The notes under the pieces were generated by a model. It did not search any database. It worked only from the letters and a program-made list of their open reading frames with translations, and had not been told where the DNA came from. Of a stretch of 64,000 bases of DNA, positions 56,383 through 64,000 are shown in pieces. The stretch is taken from the NCBI GenBank assembly GCA_963803435.1, contig CAWDML010000001.1:1376001-1440000 (forward strand). Reading direction: 5' to 3'. The translations under genes and the position numbers were made by a program. The stretch comes from an uncultured delta proteobacterium. GTDB lineage: Bacteria; Myxococcota; Kuafuiibacteriia; Kuafuiibacteriales; Kuafuiibacteriaceae. The stretch's first letter is position 1; each line of letters starts with the position of its first letter.

Positions 56383-59300
56383 TCACTCGCAGGCGGCCAC
56401 CGTCGCGCGGAACACGGGGGGACCCATGGGGATCGGTGTCTCGACCCGGGGGATGGCACCCGATTCCGTCACGTTGGTGACGTGATAGGCCTGCTGGTTC
56501 CAGATCCGGGGCGCTGCCACCCACGAGTCTCCGACGTTCGAGTACGCCACGATGCCGCCGCTCGAGCCGAAGTCGTCGTAGAACGCGACCACCAGCTCGG
56601 CACGCCGGTCGTTGTCGATGTCCGCGATGACCGGCAGCTCGAGGTTCGTCGGATTGATCCGCGGCGCCATGTAGATCAGCGCTCCGGTGTTGCCGCGGTA
56701 GGCATAGATGTTGCCGAAGTCGGTGAGCACCAGCTCGGCGATCCCGTCACCCTCGAAGTCGAAGCCGCTGATCGCCGGGCAGCAGGTGTCGTCCATGACC
56801 ACGCCGTTGAACAGCGGCGCGCCCGTCCCCGAGTACACGTGGGTGGCCATCCCGTCGGCGATCGCGACGTCGGGATCGCCGTCCCCGTCGAAGTCGGCGA
56901 TCACGGGCAGCGCGGCGGAGGGCCCGCCCATCGGCGGGATCACGTTCCAGACGACGCTGCCAGTGTGATCGAGGACGTAGAGCGCCGACCCGTTGTGCAG
57001 CGCGATCTCGGGGTAGGGATCGCTCGGATTGAGCATGCCCACCGAGACCCCGCCCTCGCCGATGGCGTGGCCGTTGAACATCGCGCGCCACAGGATCGAG
57101 CCGTCGGCGCGGTAGGCGGTGTCGCCAGCGAGCACCTCGGGCACGCCGTCCAGATCGATGTCGGCGGCCACCGACTGGGGACCGGCGCCCGCGGTCAGGC
57201 CGTGGCTCCCGGTGCCACTCCAGAGCTTCTTGCCCCGGTGATCGAAGACCTCGCTGCCGAGCACGATCTCGCTGAACCCGTCACCGTCGAGATCGACCAG
57301 GTACGGGCTGGAGGCGTTCCAGAGGACCTGGGCGGGCCACGACCAGGGATCGGAGACCCAGAGCAGGTTGCCGAAGCGGTCGAGCGCGACCAGGTTGCCG
57401 GTGGTGTAGCGCGACTCGAAGCTGCCGGCGCCGGTGCCCGGCGGTGTCTGCACCCACTTGCTGCCGATGATCTCCGGGAGCCCGTCTCCGTCGATGTCGC
57501 CGACCGCGAGCTGGCCCGACTCGGCGAGGCGGACCGACGTGACCGAGAAGCGCTCCACGCCGGTGTCGCCCGACACCACGCGCAGCACCCCGGGCTGTGA
57601 GGAGGTGGGATCCGAGAGCGGCACCGTGTGGAAGGTGGTGAAGAGGACCTCGGGGACGTCGTTCTCGTCGACCCGACCGTCGCCGTTGTCGTCGGTGAGA
57701 TTGATGACCACCGGCGAGGCCCACACGTTGTTGAACGTGGGCTCGACGGGCGAGCCGTGCCACTCCCACTCGACCGTCGGCGAGAACGTGGTGGGCGCGA
57801 TGCAGGGCGGGAGCACGACCGGCTGACCCGAGCCGGTGACGGGGATGGCCGGCGGGTTCCGGCAGGCGTCGCTGGTGATCGCGAGCGAGGCGGTGGCCGG
57901 TCCGGCGGCGGTCGGCGTGAAGCGGACCTCGAGCGACCAGATGTCGCTCGGCCGCAGCGTCACCGGCGTGGTCGCGAACAGCCGGATCGACGCCGGCGCA
58001 GCCGTCAGGCCGGCGCTACTGACGTTGATGGGCATGGTGCCGGCGTTCCGGCACACGATCGTCTTGATCTTGGTGATGCCCACGTCGGTGGGCCCGAAGT
58101 CGACGGTGCCCGGCGTGCAGTCGAGCACGCGGTCGCAGCTCTGATCCCAGTTGCCGTCCATGATCACCGGGACGGCGGGCTTGTTGAGATCCGAGGAGAG
58201 AATGTCGAATTGACCGAAATGCGGGCCGGGTCCGGTGGGCGCATACTCGATCGTGAGCGTGGGCGCGGCGCTGGCGCCGCCCGGCAGGGTGGCCGGCAGC
58301 GACGGTCCCTGCGCGATGCGGAACTCCGGCGGGGTGCCGGGCGCCTTCATGATCCCGCGGAGCTCGAGCGTGCCCGAGCCGCAGCTCGAGATCGTGACGG
58401 TGCGCGACGCGACGGTCCCCGCGGCCACCGTGCCGAAGTGCAGCTCGGTGGGCATGACGCAGATCTCCGCGTTGGCCGCGGTGCCCGAGATCGCGACCTG
58501 GTGCACCGTGGTGGTGGTCCCGCCGATCGCCGAGGTCTCCACCTCGACGATGTCGAAGTGGGCGCCGGGCGCCGTCGGGGCATAGGCCACGTCGACGTCG
58601 GCGCCGAACATCGGGAACACGATCCCGACCAGGGGCGCCATCACCGTGAACTCGGGATGACTGAGGACCAGGCGCACCGACCGGATCCGGCAGGGCTCGG
58701 AGCCGATCGCGTTCACGCTGATCGTCTGGTGCACCGTGCTCCCCACGGAGGTGAGGCCGAAGTTGAGGACCGTCGGGCGCAGCTCCACCGCACAGTCGTC
58801 CACCTCTTCCGGGTTGCCGAGGAGGTCGACCGTGCCGATCAGGCCGCCGGCGTCGACTGTCAGCGTCCCGGTGTGCGGGCCGGCGTCGGGCGGCGCGTAC
58901 TCGACGCCGATCAGCTCCGAGGCGCCCGTTCCGATGGTGAATGGAAGGGCGGGCGCCGTGGTGACGGAGAAGGGCGCGCCCGTCGTCTCGAGCCGGGTGA
59001 TGGTGCAGGTGGAGGCGCCGTTGTTGGCCAGGAGCACGTTGCGGGTGTCGGTCGAGCCGATCGCCACGCCCGTGTAGGTCACCGAGGAAGGCGCCACCAC
59101 CAGATCGCACGGCCGCGCCGCGGTCGCCTGGATCGGGAAGTACGTCTCCGGCATGCCGTAGGCGTTCGAGTCGGCGCGGACGAACCCGCTGGCCGGACCG
59201 AGGGCGGTGGCGTCGAAGCGCACCGCGAGGTCAACGGTCTGGCCAGGCGCCAGCTGGTTCGCCGGGAGCGCCGGCAGCGATACGATCGAGAAGCCGGGAT

Positions 59301-60195
59301 CCGTCGGATAGCCGGCGTCCGTGCTGAGCGCGAGGTTCGTGAGATCGAGCGGCTGCAGACCGCAGCTCTCGACTGTGAGCGTGGCGGTGACCGAGCCTCC
59401 CTCCGGCACCAGGCCGAGGTCGAGCGGCAGCGGGTGCGCGCAGACGGCCGGTGCCACACCCGCGCCGCAGACGGGGATCCGGATCGAGGAGGAAGAGGCG
59501 AGATCGGTGGTGATGATGAACGCGCCGCTGTCCCGCCCGCCGTCGCCGGGCCGATAGCGCACCTCCATCTCCAGAGACTCTCCGGGCGCCAAGGTCTTGG
59601 GCTCGGCGGGCCCGTCGATCTCGAACTCGGCGGTGGCGCCCGGCTCGAGGACCGCCGACAGGACCTTGACAGCGTCGGAGCCGATCGCAGTGACCGTGAT
59701 GGTGTGCGTCGCCACCTCGCCCGGAACCACCTCGCCGAAGTCGATCGAGCTGGGGTCGTCCATGCAGGGCGTGCCGTCGTTCGTGACGGAGAGATCGCCG
59801 ATCACGCCCACACCGACCAGGTCGACCCGGTGCTCACCGGTGCCGTCGTCCGCGACGATCACGAGGACGGCGCGATCCTCGCCGACGTCGCTGGGCTGAT
59901 AGACGATGTTGAACTCGAGCGGCGACGACGGCCGCAGCGAGTCGGGTACCGGCGTGGCGAACACGAACTCGCCGGTGCTCGACTCGAGCTCGAACTTCGT
60001 GATCGGGAGATCCGCGATGCCGCGGTTCTCGAGGTGGAGGCTCTTCACCCTCAGGTCGCCGACCGCGACCTCACCGAAGTCGATCTGCTCCGGCTCCACG
60101 ATCAGCTTGCGGCTGGCGTCGAGGAGATCGCCGCCGCAGTCGCAGGAGCAGATCGGAAACAGGCTGAGGACCGCGAGGATGGGAGAGCGCCGCAT
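56383..60195 (-). CDS. Large lipoprotein with tandem Ig-like (ASPM/Hydin-type) domains and an FG-GAP beta-propeller
   Basis: CSCDC lipoprotein start, repeated DFG/NFG Ig units, multiple DxDGDGxxE motifs. Confidence 0.85.
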   Translation of the reverse strand: MRRSPILAVLSLFPICSCDCGGDLLDASRKLIVEPEQIDFGEVAVGDLRVKSLHLENRGIADLPITKFELESSTGEFVFATPVPDSLRPSSPLEFNIVYQPSDVGEDRAVLVIVADDGTGEHRVDLVGVGVIGDLSVTNDGTPCMDDPSSIDFGEVVPGEVATHTITVTAIGSDAVKVLSAVLEPGATAEFEIDGPAEPKTLAPGESLEMEVRYRPGDGGRDSGAFIITTDLASSSSIRIPVCGAGVAPAVCAHPLPLDLGLVPEGGSVTATLTVESCGLQPLDLTNLALSTDAGYPTDPGFSIVSLPALPANQLAPGQTVDLAVRFDATALGPASGFVRADSNAYGMPETYFPIQATAARPCDLVVAPSSVTYTGVAIGSTDTRNVLLANNGASTCTITRLETTGAPFSVTTAPALPFTIGTGASELIGVEYAPPDAGPHTGTLTVDAGGLIGTVDLLGNPEEVDDCAVELRPTVLNFGLTSVGSTVHQTISVNAIGSEPCRIRSVRLVLSHPEFTVMAPLVGIVFPMFGADVDVAYAPTAPGAHFDIVEVETSAIGGTTTTVHQVAISGTAANAEICVMPTELHFGTVAAGTVASRTVTISSCGSGTLELRGIMKAPGTPPEFRIAQGPSLPATLPGGASAAPTLTIEYAPTGPGPHFGQFDILSSDLNKPAVPVIMDGNWDQSCDRVLDCTPGTVDFGPTDVGITKIKTIVCRNAGTMPINVSSAGLTAAPASIRLFATTPVTLRPSDIWSLEVRFTPTAAGPATASLAITSDACRNPPAIPVTGSGQPVVLPPCIAPTTFSPTVEWEWHGSPVEPTFNNVWASPVVINLTDDNGDGRVDENDVPEVLFTTFHTVPLSDPTSSQPGVLRVVSGDTGVERFSVTSVRLAESGQLAVGDIDGDGLPEIIGSKWVQTPPGTGAGSFESRYTTGNLVALDRFGNLLWVSDPWSWPAQVLWNASSPYLVDLDGDGFSEIVLGSEVFDHRGKKLWSGTGSHGLTAGAGPQSVAADIDLDGVPEVLAGDTAYRADGSILWRAMFNGHAIGEGGVSVGMLNPSDPYPEIALHNGSALYVLDHTGSVVWNVIPPMGGPSAALPVIADFDGDGDPDVAIADGMATHVYSGTGAPLFNGVVMDDTCCPAISGFDFEGDGIAELVLTDFGNIYAYRGNTGALIYMAPRINPTNLELPVIADIDNDRRAELVVAFYDDFGSSGGIVAYSNVGDSWVAAPRIWNQQAYHVTNVTESGAIPRVETPIPMGPPVFRATVAACE

Positions 60196-60341
60196 GCCGG
60201 TGTGGTACGCGAGTCCTCCGCTTCGATGGATCATCCTAAAAGACGTCGCACTCGGACCTTTTATGGGAAGGACGTTACTCTTCGGCCGAGCCTCGACCAC
60301 CCGATGGACGCGCGGTCCGGATCGGCGCTAGGTGAACCCCA

Positions 60342-61271
60342 ATGCGTCTCCTCCTCGTCGCGCTCCCTCTCCTCACCCTCGCATGCGGCGGTGAGAGCAC
60401 CCCCACGAAGACCGGTCCGATCGAAGACTTCGCCGAGCCAACGCCGGCGCCGCCGGGAGCGATCGAGTTTCAGCTCCCAGAGGCCCGCATCTTCCCCGGC
60501 AGCGACATCCAGTACTGCCACTACCTCGAGCCCACCACCGAGGACATGTACCTGAAGGGCTTCGAGAGCTTCCAGGGCAAGAACGGCCATCACTTGGTGC
60601 TGTTCCGCTCCGTCATCCCGCTCGAGCCTGGCACCGTCCGCGAGTGCAGCAGCGGTGCCGACATGGCGTTCCTGATCCCCGTGATCACGTCGGTCCAGTT
60701 CGGGCTCGAGAACTTCCCGGAGGGCATGGCGATCCGCGTGCCCAAGGGCTCGCAGCTGGTGCTCCAGCAGCACTATATCAACACCCGCACGCACTCGATC
60801 CTGGTGCGCGACGTGGCGCGGCTCCTCCCGGTCGACCGGTCCGAGGTCCAGCTCCTGGCCGGCTTCTTCGGCATCTCCGACATCGGCTTCTCGATCGCGC
60901 CGGACAACCAGGACGCGGTCGTCGACTTCGACTGCCGTGTGCCCCACGACATGAAGATCCTCCTGGCCGGCCCGCACATGCACGAGTGGGGCAGAAGCTT
61001 CAGCGCCTCGTTCGGACCGGCCGACGCGCTCGAGAACATCATCGACATCCCCGCCTGGGACGCGTCGATGCGGGACGCGCCCCCGGTCAAGAACTGGGGC
61101 GTGGACGCGCCGCTTCAGCTCCACGAAGGCGATCGGATGCAGACGACGTGCGTGTTCCGGAACGACACCGACGAGCCGCTCGAGTTCCCGAAAGAGATGT
61201 GCGCGACGTACGGATACTTCTTCCCGGCCGAGGTCGGTCAGGACCAGTTCACCTGCGGCGCGACGCACTGA
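60342..61271 (+). CDS. Copper type II monooxygenase (PHM/DBH)-like lipoprotein
   Basis: Lipobox TLAC, GHHLV, QQHY, PHMH, EMC. Confidence 0.75.
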   Translation: MRLLLVALPLLTLACGGESTPTKTGPIEDFAEPTPAPPGAIEFQLPEARIFPGSDIQYCHYLEPTTEDMYLKGFESFQGKNGHHLVLFRSVIPLEPGTVRECSSGADMAFLIPVITSVQFGLENFPEGMAIRVPKGSQLVLQQHYINTRTHSILVRDVARLLPVDRSEVQLLAGFFGISDIGFSIAPDNQDAVVDFDCRVPHDMKILLAGPHMHEWGRSFSASFGPADALENIIDIPAWDASMRDAPPVKNWGVDAPLQLHEGDRMQTTCVFRNDTDEPLEFPKEMCATYGYFFPAEVGQDQFTCGATH

Positions 61272-62067
61272 GCTGACAGCGCGGACACCAGTACGTGCTC
61301 CGCCCGCCCTGCTCCATCTTCTGGATCACCGCCCGCCGGCAGCGCGGGCATCGCTCGCCCGCGTGATCGTAGACCCGGAACGCGTTCACGCCGCCCTGGC
61401 TCAGATACCGCTCACCGGCCTCGAGCCGCTCGATCGCCTCGAGGAACGTCCGCCGGATCGCGGCCGCCAGCCGGCGAGCCCCCGGCCGATCGATCGCGTT
61501 CGCCGGCATCCGCGGATCGAGCTTCGACCGCCAGAGCGCCTCCGACGCGTAGATGTTCCCGATCCCCGCGATCAACCCCTGCTCCATGAGCGCGATCTTG
61601 ATCGGCCGGCGCGAGCGACCGAGGATCTCGGCCAGCGTCGCCGGGGTCAGCTCACCGAGCAGCGGATCGGGTCCCAGCGGGAGGAAGTACCGCTCGGTCA
61701 GCTCCGCCCACGGCCCCACCGCGACGCGCCCGAACATCCGCGGATCGTCGAACCGCACCTCCGTCCCGTCGTCGAGCGCAAGCTCGAGCCGCACGTGCTT
61801 CGGCTTCGGGCCGCCGCCGTCGCTGATCGAGCCGCTCATGCCCAGGTGGAGGTGCAGCGCGCCCTCGTCCGACAGCCGCAGCAGCATGCTCTTGCCGCGG
61901 CGCTCGACCGACTCGATCCGCCGGCCCGCCAGAAAGGTCGCCACCTTCCGCGGTGACTGCGTCCCGAGGACGCGCGACTTGGGCACGCGCGCGCGCAGGA
62001 TGACCTTGCCCGCGGCCCAAGCGTCGAGGCGGCGGCGGACGACCTCGACCTCCGGGAGCTCCGGCAT
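61249..62067 (-). CDS. mutM: Formamidopyrimidine-DNA glycosylase Fpg
   Basis: MPELPEVE, RRGK, HLGMSG, GIGNIYASE, C4 zinc finger. Confidence 0.93.
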   Translation of the reverse strand: MPELPEVEVVRRRLDAWAAGKVILRARVPKSRVLGTQSPRKVATFLAGRRIESVERRGKSMLLRLSDEGALHLHLGMSGSISDGGGPKPKHVRLELALDDGTEVRFDDPRMFGRVAVGPWAELTERYFLPLGPDPLLGELTPATLAEILGRSRRPIKIALMEQGLIAGIGNIYASEALWRSKLDPRMPANAIDRPGARRLAAAIRRTFLEAIERLEAGERYLSQGGVNAFRVYDHAGERCPRCRRAVIQKMEQGGRSTYWCPRCQLSASRRR

Positions 62068-62364
62068 GGCTCAGCTACCGGCCGCCGACACCAATCTCCT
62101 CGACCACGTCCTCGAAGGTGACGTCCGGTGTGGCCAGGAGGGGTGGCTGAGCGCGGAAGACGGGAGGCTCGGTGTGAGGGGCAACATCGATCGTGAAGGA
62201 CGCCTCGCCGTATCAGCGCACCCACGTCTCTGCAACGAGCTCCGGCCCGAAATGTGCGGTGGCGCACCCGACCGAACGGGCCACCCCATAGCCGCTCAAT
62301 CAGCTCACGAGGAAGCGCCGCGCGGTCGACGCCGTACTTCTCCACGCGGCGCCGCCCCCGGTCG

Positions 62365-64000
62365 CTACACCGCGGGGCGGCGGGGCTTCGTGACCTCGCG
62401 TAGCACGCTCCCCTGCTCCCGGCCCAGGCGGGCCGCCGTCGCCACCGCGACCTTCGGGTCGTCGATCGCGCCCAGCAGACCGCGCTCGAGGTGCTGCTCG
62501 ATGAGGCTCTGCCCGTAGGTCGCACGCACGTCGACGAGCTGGCCGACCGCGTCGAGCTCAGGGACCAGACGCGGCGAGATCGCGTAGAGCTCGTCGGGGA
62601 TCCCGGCGCGCTCGAGGCGGGCGATCACCTCGTCGCGCAGCTTGGGGTCGAACTTCTCGCCGCGCTCGGTGACCAACGTCTTGATCTCCTCGTAGCGGCC
62701 CTCGGCCTTGATCACCATCAGCTGGGAGAGGAGCTCGCCCACCGCCTCGTGCATCTTCTCGAAGTCGACCACCCGGTAGGCGGTGTTCGTCCTGCCGCCC
62801 TTGTCCACGGTGGCGCGCTCGACCGCGCCCTTCTCGATGAGCCAGCTCAAGGTCATCTGGGTGCCGCGGAGGTGATCCTCGCTGAGTGTGTCGCCCGTCT
62901 TTTCGTAGCGGAGGTTGGTGAGCGCCTCCACCAAGAAGCTGCGGTACATCTGCTCGCCGACGGCGTTGGCGTCGGGATACTCGGCGGTGAAGACCGGATC
63001 GAAGGCGAACCACAGCGCCACCAGATCGGCGCGCGCCTCCTCGAGGACGTTCTCGTACTCCTTGAGCTGCCCGACCGGATCGTCGACCTGATCGCTCACC
63101 TTCCCCGAGCCGTGTCCGATCACCTCGTGCATGGCCACCAGGAGCTTGCGCGCCTGGTCGTTGTAGAGGCGGGCGGCCTCCCGATCCTCGGGCGTGGCGG
63201 CGAACTCGAGGGCCATCGGACCACGCTTCACCGCGTCGGCGGCGTCCATGACGTTGGAGACGCTGATCGACTTCGAGCCGTAGTCCTCACGGATGCGTTG
63301 CTCGTTGGGGAGGTTGATCCCGGCCGGGCTCGCGGGGTTGACGGTGAGAAAGTCGACCGCGCTGGCGGGCGGCGTGGGGATCTTCTCCCGCTTGTACTGG
63401 GCCGGCCAGGGCATCCGGTCCTCGAAGTACTGCACGCGGCGGCGGAGCACCTCCATAATCCGCGTGTCGTCCGGATCCTTGAAGTTGACGAAGCCCTGCC
63501 AGGTCCCCTTCGCGTTGCGGGCGGCGTCGTTGTACGACTCGATGAAGCCGATGCTCGCGTCGACGTCCGGGTTGGCGCGCACCCAAGCGATGTTGAAGGT
63601 GTCCCAGTCGTCGAGCGATCCGGTCTCGAGGTAGCGGATCAGCCGGTCGAGCGCGTCGCGCTGGGCACCGCGGGCAAGGTGGTGCGCGGCCCCCAGGTGC
63701 TCGATGACCCGCGCGAGCTGGCGAGCGTACAGGCCGGGCGCGATCCGTCCATCGGGAGTGCCGGCCCGGTAGACCTCCTCGGAGAGCTTGCCGCGCGCGT
63801 CCTTCACCACCCGGGAGTTGAGAGCGTGGCGCTCCTCGAATCCCTCGAAGTCCTTCGGGGTCACGCCTTCGCCGTAGAACGTCGGTACCGGTTCGGGCTC
63901 GAACTTCGGATCGAAGATCGTCGGCCATAGCTGGTTCAGCGTGCGGCGCAGCTCCGCGCCGTTCGCCACGCCCATCGGTGCGCCGGCGCGGAAGGCCCGG
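62365..64000 (-). CDS. Peptidase M49 (dipeptidyl peptidase III) family, partial
   Basis: GFIESY, GINLPN, HEVIGH, EEARAD; open at the window edge. Confidence 0.88.
   Translation of the reverse strand, partial: RAFRAGAPMGVANGAELRRTLNQLWPTIFDPKFEPEPVPTFYGEGVTPKDFEGFEERHALNSRVVKDARGKLSEEVYRAGTPDGRIAPGLYARQLARVIEHLGAAHHLARGAQRDALDRLIRYLETGSLDDWDTFNIAWVRANPDVDASIGFIESYNDAARNAKGTWQGFVNFKDPDDTRIMEVLRRRVQYFEDRMPWPAQYKREKIPTPPASAVDFLTVNPASPAGINLPNEQRIREDYGSKSISVSNVMDAADAVKRGPMALEFAATPEDREAARLYNDQARKLLVAMHEVIGHGSGKVSDQVDDPVGQLKEYENVLEEARADLVALWFAFDPVFTAEYPDANAVGEQMYRSFLVEALTNLRYEKTGDTLSEDHLRGTQMTLSWLIEKGAVERATVDKGGRTNTAYRVVDFEKMHEAVGELLSQLMVIKAEGRYEEIKTLVTERGEKFDPKLRDEVIARLERAGIPDELYAISPRLVPELDAVGQLVDVRATYGQSLIEQHLERGLLGAIDDPKVAVATAARLGREQGSVLREVTKPRRPAV

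Noticed and set aside
62070-62345. Possible small gene between mutM and the M49 peptidase
   Set aside because: Coding-like fragments are interrupted by frame changes and a stop, and no family is recognisable.
60-63930. Many long antisense or alternate-frame ORFs (e.g. 14583-16736, 57628-60555, 54310-56370)
   Set aside because: Shadow ORFs expected at high GC; they overlap well-supported genes and lack motifs.
1-64000. CRISPR array, tRNA/rRNA, IS or prophage genes
   Set aside because: No spaced direct repeats, RNA-gene signatures, transposase, integrase or phage structural motifs were seen.

Overview
High-GC (roughly 70% by eye), gene-dense bacterial DNA. The accessory genes (Cys-rich lipoproteins, ECF sigma/FecR-TPR pair, FG-GAP/Ig adhesin, GH25 lipoprotein) suggest a Myxococcota/deltaproteobacterium-like organism; this is an inference, since no marker gene is present. 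The window is dominated by an almost complete flagellar gene set in two blocks. Block 1 (8.2-18.4 kb) is fleQ-like, flgBC, fliEFGHIJK, flgDE. Block 2 (31.4-52.7 kb) is fliMNOPQR, flhBAFG, fliA, flgFGAHIJMNKL, fliCDS, fliT-like and a second flhG-fliA copy. No motA/motB is present. fliL has moved into a divergent, tightly coupled operon with an Hsp70 ATPase-domain-only protein, two HDOD proteins, a REC-GGDEF-EAL protein and a hybrid kinase. The non-coding DNA shows a readable regulatory circuit. A 28-bp motif (TTGACGCGC-N3-CGTCAG-N5-CCGAC) lies 68-69 bp upstream of three sigma54 promoters. Sigma28-type promoters precede flgM, fliC and, unusually, the FleQ-like activator. Several frameshifts and one premature stop cluster at GATC sites and look like systematic sequencing errors rather than pseudogenes. 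No rRNA, tRNA, CRISPR array or mobile element was recognised.
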